A DNA stretch of 64,000 nt from an uncultured Pseudoalteromonadaceae bacterium (GTDB taxonomy: Bacteria > Pseudomonadota > Gammaproteobacteria > Enterobacterales > Alteromonadaceae): assembly GCA_964625615.1 (NCBI GenBank), contig CAZVDU010000005.1, positions 2,103-66,102 of the forward strand, read 5' to 3'. Shown here in pieces: positions 42,501-52,785 of this stretch. Made by a program: the position numbers and the translations under genes. The notes under the pieces are model-generated. The model saw only the letters and a program-made list of their open reading frames with translations, searched no databases and had not been told where the DNA came from. How positions within the stretch are numbered: position 1 is the first letter of the stretch; each line of letters begins with the position of its first letter.

Positions 42501-43664
42501 TTATTTAGCCATTTTTACCGAAATTTGCTCTCCCTTCACCTGTTTTTTTAACATACGCTTAGTTCTATCAACCACATCACCAACTAGTTGACCACAAGCA
42601 GCGTCGATATCATCTCCACGCGTCTTGCGAACAATAACGGTCAAGTCATAGCTCATGAGTATTTTTGCAAACCTGTCTATTTGTGAATTACTGGTGCAAG
42701 TATAAGGTGAGCCAGGGTATGGGTTAAAAGGAATTAGATTAATTTTACAAGGCGTACCTTGCATCACCTCTGCGAGTTGATGCGCTTGCTCGTGGCTATC
42801 ATTAATACCTTTGAGCATGACATATTCTACTGTTACACGCCCTTGATTAGCGTTTGATTTTGCCAAATAACGTCTAACACCTGCCAGAAACGCTTCGATA
42901 TTATACTTTTTGTTCACAGGTACAATAACATCACGCAAATCATCAGTTGGTGCATGAAGTGATATAGCCAATGCCACGTCAATTTGGTCTCCCAGCATAT
43001 CTAGCGCAGGAACAACACCAGAGGTACTCAAGGTGACTCGACGTTTTGATAAGCCAAAACCATAATCGTCCATCATAATGTCCATTGCTGGGACAACATT
43101 CTTAAGATTGAGTAAAGGCTCACCCATACCCATCATAACGACATTAGTTATTGGGCGCTTTGATGTATCACTGGAAAGGCCAAGCGTAGTAGCTACTCGC
43201 CAAACTTGGCCGATAATTTCAGAAACTGTTAAATTACGATTAAAACCCTGTTGTGCCGTTGAACAAAAAGTACACTCCAGTGCACAACCAACTTGCGAGG
43301 AGACGCATAAAGTCGCGCGATCGGCTTCAGGGATCCAGACAGTTTCAACTTCCTGTCCACCATCAAGACGAATAACAAATTTTATCGTGCCATCTGTTGC
43401 CTGCTGTTGAAAAGCAATTTCCGGAGCAGAGACAATACAGTTTGCTTTAAGTTTCTGACGTAAAACCTTGTTGAGATTGGTCATCTCATCTATGTCATCT
43501 ATACCGTGATGGTATAACCACTTCATAACCTGATCAGCTCTAAAAGGCTTTTCACCAATGGACGCAAAATAATCTCGTAGGCCTTTTCGATTAAAGTTAA
43601 GTAAGTTAACTTTTGGGGCACTTGATGATGCATCATTTTGCTGAATATCAACTTGATGAGTCAT
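42501..43664 (-). CDS. rlmN: Dual-specificity RNA methyltransferase
   Basis: [27 protein letters not shown]. Confidence 0.99.
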   Translation of the reverse strand: MTHQVDIQQNDASSSAPKVNLLNFNRKGLRDYFASIGEKPFRADQVMKWLYHHGIDDIDEMTNLNKVLRQKLKANCIVSAPEIAFQQQATDGTIKFVIRLDGGQEVETVWIPEADRATLCVSSQVGCALECTFCSTAQQGFNRNLTVSEIIGQVWRVATTLGLSSDTSKRPITNVVMMGMGEPLLNLKNVVPAMDIMMDDYGFGLSKRRVTLSTSGVVPALDMLGDQIDVALAISLHAPTDDLRDVIVPVNKKYNIEAFLAGVRRYLAKSNANQGRVTVEYVMLKGINDSHEQAHQLAEVMQGTPCKINLIPFNPYPGSPYTCTSNSQIDRFAKILMSYDLTVIVRKTRGDDIDAACGQLVGDVVDRTKRMLKKQVKGEQISVKMAK

Positions 43665-43781
43665 GAATGGACAACCTCGTATGAACACGTCATTAACTAG
43701 CTTAAAAGCCAGTTATTTATTATATCTCGTTTTGGTATCGATCAGTAGGAAATACTGTTACTGCTTATTTACGCTATGCAC

Positions 43782-43807
43782 AAAAAAGGGAGCACAAGCT
43801 CCCTTTG
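43782..43807 (-). terminator. Intrinsic terminator after ndk
   Basis: AAAGGGAGC-N4-GCTCCCTTT with T tract. Confidence 0.85.
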
Positions 43808-43825
43808 TGAATCATTAGATTGTGC

Positions 43826-44257
43826 TTATCGAGTACGAGGACAAAGCTCTTCGTCAGTAAAGAAATAAGCAATCTCACGAGATGCAGACTCTGGTGCATC
43901 TGAACCATGACAAGCATTCTCGTCAATAGATGCTGCATAATCAGCTCTAAGTGTTCCAGCTAGCGCTTCTGCTGGGTTAGTAGCACCCATAATCTCTCTG
44001 TTCTTTAAGATCGCATTTTCGCCTTCAAGTACTTGAACCATAACTGGACCAGACGTCATGAAAGCAACAAGGGCACCGAAGAATGGACGTTCGCTATGCT
44101 CCGCATAAAAGCCTTCTGCTTGCTCTTTGCTGAGGTGTACCATTTTAGCTGCAACGATTCGCAAGCCGGCTGTTTCAAAACGATTGTATATTGCGCCGAT
44201 AACATTCTTTGCAACAGCATCAGGTTTTACGATAGAAAAAGTGCGTTCAAGAGCCAT
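43826..44257 (-). CDS. ndk: Nucleoside diphosphate kinase
   Basis: [19 protein letters not shown]. Confidence 0.99.
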   Translation of the reverse strand: MALERTFSIVKPDAVAKNVIGAIYNRFETAGLRIVAAKMVHLSKEQAEGFYAEHSERPFFGALVAFMTSGPVMVQVLEGENAILKNREIMGATNPAEALAGTLRADYAASIDENACHGSDAPESASREIAYFFTDEELCPRTR

Positions 44258-44576
44258 TTTTCGAATCTCCAAAAATAAGGGTTTAAAAAATTTCGCGGAT
44301 TATATGCAAAAACATCACAGATGACTAGGGCCTATGATGAAACCCAAACTTCCGAACCACCAAACTGAACAAAAAACAAACAGAAATCTATTTAGAAAAC
44401 TTAGTGTTTGCACGAAATCAAGCTTAATTTAAATTTTTGTAACAAAAACACTGTACAGTTAATTCAACATTGATTATAACGTTCATAAGGTGTTAACAAT
44501 TTTTTTACATGCGCTTCAAAACAACACCTTGCTATTGTACTTCATATTGGCAATAAACTAGATAGGAGATATCTAC

Positions 44577-44753
44577 GTGGATAAGTCAGATTTAATGTCA
44601 TCAATAGACATAAAAAGTAAAACAACAAAAAGTAAAAGCAAAAAGCTGCGTTGGCGAGAAATTGAGGAAATACAAGATCGCCATCGGCTCGAAAAAGAAT
44701 TAGAAGACTTCGCATTTTTAGACGATTCTGATTTTCTAGCGTTAGAAAGGTAA
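44577..44753 (+). CDS. DUF3545-family small protein, 58 aa (not in the ORF track)
   Basis: AGGAG RBS, GTG start: MDKSDLMSSIDIKSKTTKSKSKKLRWREIEEIQDRHRLEKELEDFAFLDDSDFLALER; WREIE...L.KEL motif. Confidence 0.85.
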   Translation: MDKSDLMSSIDIKSKTTKSKSKKLRWREIEEIQDRHRLEKELEDFAFLDDSDFLALER

Positions 44754-44758
44754 GAAAG

Positions 44759-44795
44759 AAAAAGCCCCAACAATCAACATGTCGGGGCTTTTTTT
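44759..44795 (+). terminator. Intrinsic terminator, probably bidirectional
   Basis: AAAAAGCCCCAACA...TGTCGGGGCTTTTTTT. Confidence 0.85.
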
Positions 44796-44903
44796 ATTGC
44801 TGTCATTATCTAGAGCTTGTTGATCTTTGCTCTATGGTTTTGACTCATACTTATATGCTTACCATTGCATTGGACACCGCGATCAAAAGCCTTTATGTAG
44901 AAC

Positions 44904-44933
44904 AAAGCCTAAACAGCAAAAGCCTAAACAGCA
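44904..44933. repeat. 15-bp tandem duplication AAAGCCTAAACAGCA x2
   Basis: Exact adjacent copies just downstream of ung. Confidence 0.85.
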
Positions 44934-44950
44934 CATCTTTCAGTACCTTT

Positions 44951-45610
44951 TTAGACTTGCCAGTTGATAGGACTGCGCCCGCTACTTTCTAAAAATTGGT
45001 TTGCTTGGCTGAAGTGCTTACATCCAAAGAATCCGCGATACGCTGACAATGGCGAAGGATGTACTGATTGCAAAACTCGATGGCGCTTTTGCTCTATTCG
45101 AGCACCTTTCTTTTGAGCGTGACTACCCCAAAGCATAAAGATAACGCCTTCTTTATGTTGGTTGATTTGCTCAATGACTCTGTCTGTAAAGGTTTCCCAG
45201 CCGATGTTTGCATGTGAATGTGCCTGCCCTTGCTCTACCGTCAATACAGTATTCAGTAATAGTACTCCCTGCTCTGCCCAAGCCGCTAAATTGCCATGAG
45301 ACGGGATCTGAAATCCCTCAATATCTGATTCCAGTTCTTTAAAGATATTCACTAAGGAGGGTGGTTGCTTCACATTCCCTAGTACTGAAAAACACAAACC
45401 ATGCGCTTGATTAGGTCCGTGATAAGGATCTTGACCTAAAATCACTACTTTGGTTTGTTCAAATGACGTCAACTTAAATGCATTGAACATATCTGGCGCG
45501 GAAGGATAAACAACAATGCCTTCTTGTCGGCGCTGTTCAACGTAGCTTAATATTTGTTTAAAATAAGGCTTTTGCTTCTCTTCACCAATAACATCTTGCC
45601 ACTGCGCCAT
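44951..45610 (-). CDS. ung: Uracil-DNA glycosylase
   Basis: GQDPYH, GVLLLN, HPSPLS. Confidence 0.99.
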   Translation of the reverse strand: MAQWQDVIGEEKQKPYFKQILSYVEQRRQEGIVVYPSAPDMFNAFKLTSFEQTKVVILGQDPYHGPNQAHGLCFSVLGNVKQPPSLVNIFKELESDIEGFQIPSHGNLAAWAEQGVLLLNTVLTVEQGQAHSHANIGWETFTDRVIEQINQHKEGVIFMLWGSHAQKKGARIEQKRHRVLQSVHPSPLSAYRGFFGCKHFSQANQFLESSGRSPINWQV

Positions 45611-45625
45611 AGTATCCCACCTAGC

Positions 45626-46912
45626 TTAATAAGCTATTAGCGACAAAACATGCGCTTTTAACTTGCTAAAATCATTTTCAAGTGTTGCAGACAACCCTTC
45701 TTTTCCAGCGCATTCTGCAAGCTCGGTAGGTAAGCTAATAGGTTGTCCTAGCACGTTTTCTACTGTTTCTCTGAACTTCGCAGGGTGAGCTGTGCCTAAA
45801 AATATGCCAACTTCATCTTCCACTAAATCGCGCTTCAGCGCTTTATAAGCAATAGCTGCATGTGGTTCACTCACATAGCCAAGCTGTGCCAGTTGCCGCA
45901 TTGCGACCTGTGTGTATTCCTCATCAATAGACTGGCCTGTGAGAATGTCCTTGGATAGGTAACCATGCTCAACAAGAGCCTCTATCCTCGGCCAATTATT
46001 TGGTTGGCTTACATCCATGGCATTTGACATAGTCTCTTGGGTGGGGTTTGGGGACCATTCTCCCGTTTTCAAATAACGAGGAACTGTATCATTCAAATTG
46101 GTAGCTGCTATGAAACGCTTGATAGGTAGCCCAAGTACTTTCGCTATCATACCTGCTGTTAAGTTACCAAAATTACCACTAGGAACAGAAAACACTAATG
46201 CCTTTCGTTTATCTTCGGGTAATTGTGCTACAGCTTCAAAGTAATAGCATACTTGCGCTAGTAATCGGCTTATATTGATTGAGTTTGCCGAGTTTAAATG
46301 CAGATCTTCTTTCATCACTTGATCATCAAAAGATTGCTTCACAAGCTTCTGGCAATCATCGAAATCACCTGCGATAGCAACAGTATGAATATTACCTCCA
46401 AGCGTCGTAAACAACTTCTCTTGGAGCTGGCTTATCTTTCCTTTCGGATAAAGAATAACAACATTAATACCTGGAATATTGTAGAAAGCATGCGCGACAG
46501 CGGCACCAGTGTCACCCGATGTTGCCGTCAAAATGGTTATTGGTTCACCACCAGCAATGGTCGACAAGCACTGTGCCATAAAACGGCCACCGAAATCCTT
46601 AAATGCCAAAGTAGGCCCATGAAATAGCTCTAAGCAATACATGTTGTCGTCTATAGGAATCAAAGGTGCGTCAAATGAGAAGGCTGTTCGTACAATAGCA
46701 TCTATATGTTCAGCCGATATCTCTTCACCAATTAAGTGCTTGATGATTTGTTGCGAACGTTCGACTAAAGGCAATTTAAGCAAAGCATTAATGTCTGCTA
46801 TCTGCGTCAATTTATCCGGAAAAAACAGCCCCTGCCCTTTTCCCAAACCTTGTTTAACAGCCTGGCTAAAACTGACTGCTTCATTCTCATCTTTTAAATT
46901 AAACAATTTCAC
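45626..46912 (-). CDS. thrC: Threonine synthase
   Basis: ELFHGPTLAFKDFG, ATSGDTG, PSGNFG. Confidence 0.99.
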   Translation of the reverse strand: MKLFNLKDENEAVSFSQAVKQGLGKGQGLFFPDKLTQIADINALLKLPLVERSQQIIKHLIGEEISAEHIDAIVRTAFSFDAPLIPIDDNMYCLELFHGPTLAFKDFGGRFMAQCLSTIAGGEPITILTATSGDTGAAVAHAFYNIPGINVVILYPKGKISQLQEKLFTTLGGNIHTVAIAGDFDDCQKLVKQSFDDQVMKEDLHLNSANSINISRLLAQVCYYFEAVAQLPEDKRKALVFSVPSGNFGNLTAGMIAKVLGLPIKRFIAATNLNDTVPRYLKTGEWSPNPTQETMSNAMDVSQPNNWPRIEALVEHGYLSKDILTGQSIDEEYTQVAMRQLAQLGYVSEPHAAIAYKALKRDLVEDEVGIFLGTAHPAKFRETVENVLGQPISLPTELAECAGKEGLSATLENDFSKLKAHVLSLIAY

Positions 46913-46968
46913 TAAAAAATACCTTGTTCACTTCTTTCGCAGGCTTTACCCACACTTTTTCATTCCTA

Positions 46969-47916
46969 TCACGCTAGAGCGTGTTGAGCACCCTCTATAT
47001 CCAGGGAGCATAGTCGACTAAAACCAGTCGTATTCTGAACATAATTCTTATCCAACCAAGATTGCACTTCTTGCATTGCGGCTAAGTTCTCTCCAATGCA
47101 AAAAACCGTTGGGCCAGAACCTGAAATTCCAAAGGCATCTGCTCCATTAGACAACGCAAATTGTCGTGCATCGTCAAAATTTGGGAGCAAAGACTTACGT
47201 GCAGGCTCTGCAATATGATCAACTATCATTTGTGCAGCAAGCCGCCGATCATTTCGATGCAATGCATCTGTAAATACGGCTAATTGACGTCCAAAGGTCA
47301 GCGTATCCTGCAACGAAATAGTAGCGGGTACTATTTCCCTAGCAGCTGCTGTAGAGACACTCAAGCCGGAATAACAAACAACCCAATACCACTCCTTAAT
47401 CACCGGTAAACTAGACGCTATCGACTCTTCCTGTCCAGTGACTAACGTTAGACCTCCCAAAAAACTTGGTGCGACATTATCATAATGGACACTACCACTA
47501 ATCTGACCTTCTAGAACTCCCATAATTTTCAACAACTCATGCTGACTAAAAGGGCTGTCATAATAAACATTTAATCCATACAGAGCTGCCACGATAGAGC
47601 TTGCACTGCTGCCCAAACCACTGCCAATCGGCAAAGATTTGGTTAGCTTCATTGCGACAGGTTCAACAGCCTTTCCACAAAGCGACATTTGACGGCTAAA
47701 TTCCCTGTAACATTGCGCCACTATATTATTGTCAATTCCTTGAGGCAGCTTATGCGCAAAATCACCGTCAACGACCAAACTGAATTTTTCAGCAGCTTTA
47801 ATTTCTACTTCATCCCCAAACACACTACCGTCTATAGGCTTAAGCGCTGCTCCTAACAGATCAAACCCTAAACCTACGTTACCTATAGATGCTGGGGCAT
47901 AGGCTCGTATTGCCAT
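46969..47916 (-). CDS. thrB: Homoserine kinase
   Basis: PIGSGLGSSA, HYDNVAP, ISGSGPT. Confidence 0.98.
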   Translation of the reverse strand: MAIRAYAPASIGNVGLGFDLLGAALKPIDGSVFGDEVEIKAAEKFSLVVDGDFAHKLPQGIDNNIVAQCYREFSRQMSLCGKAVEPVAMKLTKSLPIGSGLGSSASSIVAALYGLNVYYDSPFSQHELLKIMGVLEGQISGSVHYDNVAPSFLGGLTLVTGQEESIASSLPVIKEWYWVVCYSGLSVSTAAAREIVPATISLQDTLTFGRQLAVFTDALHRNDRRLAAQMIVDHIAEPARKSLLPNFDDARQFALSNGADAFGISGSGPTVFCIGENLAAMQEVQSWLDKNYVQNTTGFSRLCSLDIEGAQHALA

Positions 47917-50379
47917 CTATAAATCCTGTTTCCAAGGCATTGTTCTCAACACATCTGCGAATACACCTGCTGCTGTCACAGCGGCTCCAGCTCCATAACC
48001 TCTAATAACAAAAGGTATGGGTTGATAATACTCACTGTATATTGCTAACGCATTCTCACCATTTTTAACGGCATGCAACGGATTATCTTGCCCCACAGAT
48101 TGAATTGAAACGACGCACTTATTATCTTCAATGTTGCCAACATAACGCAAAACTTGACCGTTGGCTTTAGCCTTTTTGACTTTATCTGAATAAAACGCAT
48201 CAAGCTTGGACAAATTCTCCATGAAATCATCAATATCACCACTCGCATCAAAATCATCAGGCAATACAGATTCAACTTCAATATCTTCTAATTCAAGATA
48301 GATATTAGCTTCTCTGGCCATAATCAGTAATTTCCGAGCGACATCAGTACCGCTAAGATCATCGCGTGGGTCGGGTTCTGTGAACCCATTATCTTTAGCA
48401 ACTTTTGTTGATTCTGACAGGCTAAGTCCTTCATCCAATTTACCAAAAACAAAAGATAAAGAACCACTCAATATCCCCTCAAATTTTTTCAGTTTATCAC
48501 CGGCATAAATCAACTTTTGTAGGTTTTCAATAACGGGTAAGCCTGCACCAACATTAGTTTCATATAGAAACTGACGATTCGTCTGCTGAGCAACACTTCG
48601 TAAATTCTTATAGTATTCGACACTTTGCGTGTTGGCCTTTTTATTAGGTGTCACAACGTGAAAACCTGCAGAAAGGAATTCGACGTATTGCGAGGCAACT
48701 TGATCACTGCTAGTACAGTCGACGATAACTGGGTTAACTAAGCTATTATCATTAACAAAAGATGTTAACATTTCAGTAGAGAACGTTTTACTCGCCTTGG
48801 CCAAATCGCTTTGCCAGCCATTATTTAAATTAATGCCATTACCTTCTAACAGTAGCTGTTTGCTGTTAGCGATACCGTAGACATTAAGCCTAATATTCCT
48901 TTCAAGTAACATACCTTGCTGACGATTAATTTGGGCCAGTAACTCCTTACCGACTGTGCCACAACCCAGTATAAAAACATCGATAGTATGTTGGTTAGAA
49001 AAGAATTTTTGATGTACCACTTTGACCGCCTTCTTGGCTTTATCTGCATCAATGACTGTTGAAATTGAACGCTCAGAGGAACCTTGAGCAATCGCAATAT
49101 GGTTGATCCTCGCCTGAGATAACGATGCAAAAAACTTTGCAGCTAATCCTCTAATTTTTTTCATGCCGTCACCGACTAGGGTAACAATGGCGAGGTTTCT
49201 CTTTAATTCAATAGGCTCCAGTAACTGGTTGCTAAGTTCTAGCTGAAATGTGTCATCAAGCAGATTTAGTGCACTTTCTGCATCTTTGTCATGAACACAG
49301 AAACTAATACTGTATTCAGAGGAGGATTGTGTAATCAACACAATGGATATACTCGCATTAGACATGGCTTCAAAAACTCGGCTCGCCATACCGACCATGC
49401 CTTTCAAGCCTGGGCCAGCTACGTTGAACATAGCAACATTTTCGAGGTGGGATATCCCCTTAACACTTGTCCACTGAGAGCTTGTTTCATTACTGATCAA
49501 CGTGCCCGGTGCAGAAGGATTCAACGTATTTTTGATCAAACAGGGAATATGGTGTTGCGCAATAGGGCCGATAGTTTTTGGATGAAGTACTTTAGCACCG
49601 AAGTACGACAACTCCATGGCTTCCTGATAGCTGAGTTTATCAAGTAAAATAGCATTCTCAACTTGGTTGGGATCAGCATTATAGACACCATCAACATCTG
49701 TCCATATTTCACACGCATCAGCATCCAAACAAGCCGCTACTATAGCCGCTGAATAGTCAGATCCATTACGCCCTAACGTAACCTTTTCTCCCCCTAAATT
49801 CGCTGCAACAAAGCCTGGAACAATAATAACCTGGTCATCTTCTCTTTCTAACTCAGCAAACCTAGCTTTACTTAATCCTACGTCTGCAACACTGTCTAAC
49901 CAATCCCCTTCTGCGACAATGTAGTCAGCGGGATCAACCACTTGATTGGATTGTCCGCAGGCAGTTAATATTTCACTAAAGAGATGTACACTGACATATT
50001 CTCCAATACTGAGTAGTTTCGCGGTAATAGATTCCGGTGCCGTTTTTAAAAGTGATATCCCTGATAACGCACTTTTTAATTCATTGAGTCGATTGTCTAC
50101 ATAATCCTCTAGAACAGCTACTCTGAAATCGCTTAGTTCTGTATTTAGCTCTGAAATAATCCCGTTAAGCATTTCTTGAAGCTTGCTGAATAAATCTTCG
50201 TAATTACCATCACTAGACGCTTGCTCACACAATAAAGACAAGGCATTAGTCACACCTTTAGGAGCAGACAAAACGACAGCAGTTGGCTGGTTGGCCTGCG
50301 TATCTATACAGATGTCTTTAACAGACAAATACCGCTTAGCATCAGCTAACGAAGATCCACCAAACTTTAACACTTTCAC
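47917..50379 (-). CDS. thrA: Bifunctional aspartokinase / homoserine dehydrogenase I
   Basis: [19 protein letters not shown] domains, [17 protein letters not shown]. Confidence 0.98.
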   Translation of the reverse strand: MKVLKFGGSSLADAKRYLSVKDICIDTQANQPTAVVLSAPKGVTNALSLLCEQASSDGNYEDLFSKLQEMLNGIISELNTELSDFRVAVLEDYVDNRLNELKSALSGISLLKTAPESITAKLLSIGEYVSVHLFSEILTACGQSNQVVDPADYIVAEGDWLDSVADVGLSKARFAELEREDDQVIIVPGFVAANLGGEKVTLGRNGSDYSAAIVAACLDADACEIWTDVDGVYNADPNQVENAILLDKLSYQEAMELSYFGAKVLHPKTIGPIAQHHIPCLIKNTLNPSAPGTLISNETSSQWTSVKGISHLENVAMFNVAGPGLKGMVGMASRVFEAMSNASISIVLITQSSSEYSISFCVHDKDAESALNLLDDTFQLELSNQLLEPIELKRNLAIVTLVGDGMKKIRGLAAKFFASLSQARINHIAIAQGSSERSISTVIDADKAKKAVKVVHQKFFSNQHTIDVFILGCGTVGKELLAQINRQQGMLLERNIRLNVYGIANSKQLLLEGNGINLNNGWQSDLAKASKTFSTEMLTSFVNDNSLVNPVIVDCTSSDQVASQYVEFLSAGFHVVTPNKKANTQSVEYYKNLRSVAQQTNRQFLYETNVGAGLPVIENLQKLIYAGDKLKKFEGILSGSLSFVFGKLDEGLSLSESTKVAKDNGFTEPDPRDDLSGTDVARKLLIMAREANIYLELEDIEVESVLPDDFDASGDIDDFMENLSKLDAFYSDKVKKAKANGQVLRYVGNIEDNKCVVSIQSVGQDNPLHAVKNGENALAIYSEYYQPIPFVIRGYGAGAAVTAAGVFADVLRTMPWKQDL

Positions 50380-50432
50380 TTTAAGCTCCTAACATTCCAA
50401 TAATAGTAACAGTTTGAATAACTTCTTTACGC

Positions 50433-50471
50433 AAAAAAAAAGCCCGTTTCCTTGAGAGGTCACGGGCTTTT
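50433..50471 (-). terminator. thr attenuator terminator
   Basis: AAAAGCCCGT...ACGGGCTTTTTTTTT; alternative pairing GGTCACTGGCT/AGCCCGTGACC gives the antiterminator. Confidence 0.9.
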
Positions 50472-50488
50472 ACTTTTTTACTTACGCA

Positions 50489-50566
50489 CTAGCCAGTGAC
50501 CACATCCCTGAGGGTGGTCATCATGGTCATAATCGTTGAAGCGCTAGCGCGAAGAACTGTTTTCAT
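50489..50566 (-). CDS. thrL: thr operon leader peptide with Thr/Ile/Met control codons
   Basis: MKTVLRASASTIMTMMTTLRDVVTG*, immediately before the attenuator hairpins. Confidence 0.88.
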   Translation of the reverse strand: MKTVLRASASTIMTMMTTLRDVVTG

Positions 50567-50584
50567 GAATCCAATTTGCCATAT

Positions 50585-50608
50585 AGACGTCTATACGTCA
50601 AGACGTCA
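50585..50608. promoter_or_regulatory. Three tandem Met boxes (MetJ operator) over the thr promoter
   Basis: AGACGTCT ATACGTCA AGACGTCA (8/8, 6/8 and 7/8 to AGACGTCT), in 8-bp register. Confidence 0.88.
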
Positions 50609-50679
50609 AATGTATTTCTTTCAAGCAATTGGCTATAGATTACTATCTAGGTTGTTAAATAAACTCCAGCAAGTAAAGT

Positions 50680-50982
50680 TTAGACCTTGGAAAAGGTCAC
50701 TTTTTTATCAACATAAACAATACAAGAGTAGTTAGATTTGCGTTTAGATTCAGGCTTAATTTTTAACTTAACTGAAGCCCCTCTTAAGCTATTATTCCAT
50801 TTTGCTTTCTTGCTAACGGAAATGACAGAGTTTTCGCCGTAACGTTCTTTAGCAGCTTCTTGGCACATTTCTACTGCCTGACTTTTAACCTCATCTTTAC
50901 TCATCTCTGCCGCACTGACACTTGATAATCCTGCGGTCATTAGAGCGAACGATACTGCTGTAAACTGAGTAACTTTCTTCAT
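50680..50982 (-). CDS. Small secreted protein with a Cys pair
   Basis: Signal peptide MKKVTQF...VSA-A, two Cys, GAGG RBS. Confidence 0.75.
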   Translation of the reverse strand: MKKVTQFTAVSFALMTAGLSSVSAAEMSKDEVKSQAVEMCQEAAKERYGENSVISVSKKAKWNNSLRGASVKLKIKPESKRKSNYSCIVYVDKKVTFSKV

Positions 50983-51047
50983 GTTCTTTCCTCACTTGCA
51001 ATTAGATTGGTACTAAACGCATTAAAGAAAAAAAATGAAAAATTGTC

Positions 51048-51110
51048 TTACCGATTACAAAAATACGTAGCCATTTTTGAAATCGGTAATGGAAAATGAT
51101 AAATCGGTCA
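51048..51110. promoter_or_regulatory. Inverted plus direct repeats, probable AraC-family operator
   Basis: TTACCGATTACAAAAAT-N8-ATTTTTGAAATCGGTAA, plus a further AAATCGGT 21 bp on. Confidence 0.6.
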
Positions 51111-52163
51111 GTCTTGCCCGGTAATTAATTCGTTGTTTCGTCTAAATTCACTCGGAGTCATTGCTTTCAAAGTTTTAAACGCTTTATTAAACGTCGTTAA
51201 AGATGCATAACCAGATTCAATCGCAATAGTCAGTATGGGTGTCTTAACAAGTTGAGGATCTGATAGGCGTTCTGCCGCATCACTAATACGATAACGATTA
51301 AGATAGTCATTAAAATTGCGATAACCTAAATGTTGATTGATTAATCGGCGTAATTGATGCTCAGGAATATTCACATAGTCCGACAGTTTCCTCATCGTCA
51401 AATCGACCTGTCGATAGCAATATTCTACTTCCATAGCATAGGTCAAACTCTTCAGCCATTGACTATCACCCAATGAAGGTATCGTCTTTTCTTTAATAAT
51501 AGGCTCTGGTTCAAGTGTTTCTATGGTTTCACTCAGTAAACTAGACTTGGATATTAAAACGACATAAGCAAGGCCAAGAGAAAGTAGTGTGATGATAGCG
51601 ATATTCACATTATTTAGCGCCTGAGGAAATTGTCCATACCCATAAATAAATTCACTAACGACTATCGATAGTAAAAAAATACCGGAAGAAATCGCTAGAC
51701 CAACACGCAATAGGCGCCTGCATTCAACAAGATCGGAGCTCCAATTTCTAAAAATATCGAATAATCCCAATACAACCATGGAGCTCGTGCATGCTAACCC
51801 CATTGCATGCATGACAGTACCAGGTCCAGACGGCAAGGCTCCAGTACAACTTATTAACCCAACAACCAAACAAGCAGCCAACCCTAAATAATGGCCTAAA
51901 TGTAGCCGAGGTTCAGCCGTTAACAATGTCGATGCAAACATCCAAAATAGTGCCGGAGTGACCATAGTCCACAACTGCAAGAGCAATAGAAAATTAGGGG
52001 CCTCAGTCACATAAGGTTGCGCCATATAACAGGCTGCACCAATAAGTTTAAGGCTCAATATACGCGCACTAATAATATGTCGATAATCGATGAGAAGCTT
52101 GGATATGATAAGAAAATGAGAACCTATAGCAGCTCCCATTAAAATCAGGAAAACGTTTTGCAT
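51108..52163 (-). CDS. Membrane-anchored AraC-family regulator
   Basis: About 7 TM segments; HQLRRLINQHLGYRNFNDYLNRYRI and GYASLTTFNKAFK...TPSEFR HTH. Confidence 0.92.
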   Translation of the reverse strand: MQNVFLILMGAAIGSHFLIISKLLIDYRHIISARILSLKLIGAACYMAQPYVTEAPNFLLLLQLWTMVTPALFWMFASTLLTAEPRLHLGHYLGLAACLVVGLISCTGALPSGPGTVMHAMGLACTSSMVVLGLFDIFRNWSSDLVECRRLLRVGLAISSGIFLLSIVVSEFIYGYGQFPQALNNVNIAIITLLSLGLAYVVLISKSSLLSETIETLEPEPIIKEKTIPSLGDSQWLKSLTYAMEVEYCYRQVDLTMRKLSDYVNIPEHQLRRLINQHLGYRNFNDYLNRYRISDAAERLSDPQLVKTPILTIAIESGYASLTTFNKAFKTLKAMTPSEFRRNNELITGQD

Positions 52164-52294
52164 AAAAAATAACTCGATAAAACTTAGTCATAATTATGAC
52201 CTATTGCAGAGAGTCTCGCTAAAGAAAGTTGTAACTTTTAGTTCTAATCAACGTCAAAAACCTGATCATGCCTAACTTTATCGAACAAATATGA

Positions 52295-52702
52295 CTAACT
52301 GGCTACAGTGCCTGCATGGTTAATCGCTATAATAAGTAACGCAAGGGACGAGATGAGTGCTAGAACCCAAGATAAAGATCTTAAACTCGCTTTATTAGCC
52401 AAATAGGCTAAATGGTAGAAAACACGCGCGAAAACAAACGCTATTGCCAAATACTGTGTTGTAATCGTCACTGCTCCAACAGCAATCACGGCTAAAACGC
52501 AAGGAGCGAATATTATAATGGCTTCAAAAGCATTCTCGTGTCCAGCTTTAGCTCTAGCACCGAACCCTGTGAGCTGCGATTGTTGTTGACGAGGGTTGTG
52601 GTTATCGTAGCCACCAAGTTTATTCATTTCCATAGCCAAAGGGATTTTCACGATAAAAGGCAATACAATAGCTATCGCTAAACAAATAAGTAACGTGGTC
52701 AT
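52295..52702 (-). CDS. MAPEG-family membrane protein
   Basis: GYDNHNPR.QQ..L.GFGARA.A.HENAFE. Confidence 0.88.
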   Translation of the reverse strand: MTTLLICLAIAIVLPFIVKIPLAMEMNKLGGYDNHNPRQQQSQLTGFGARAKAGHENAFEAIIIFAPCVLAVIAVGAVTITTQYLAIAFVFARVFYHLAYLANKASLRSLSWVLALISSLALLIIAINHAGTVAS

Positions 52703-52785
52703 GAGTTTTCCTAATTATACTAACTCTATCAAAGTAGGCCATATGCTAACCAGAAACGTGTTCAACGTATAGAGAACTTTAATCT

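Noticed and set aside
44451-44470. CTGTACAGTTAATTCAAC as a LexA box upstream of DUF3545
   Set aside because: It does not satisfy CTG-N10-CAG.
44573-44773. 66-aa minus-strand ORF
   Set aside because: Antisense shadow of the DUF3545 gene, which has an RBS and a terminator.
44904-44933. 15-bp tandem repeat as a CRISPR remnant or target-site duplication
   Set aside because: Only two adjacent copies, with no spacer, cas gene or transposase; likely replication slippage.
50496-50735. 79-aa plus-strand ORF
   Set aside because: Antisense to the thr leader, promoter and Met boxes; no RBS.
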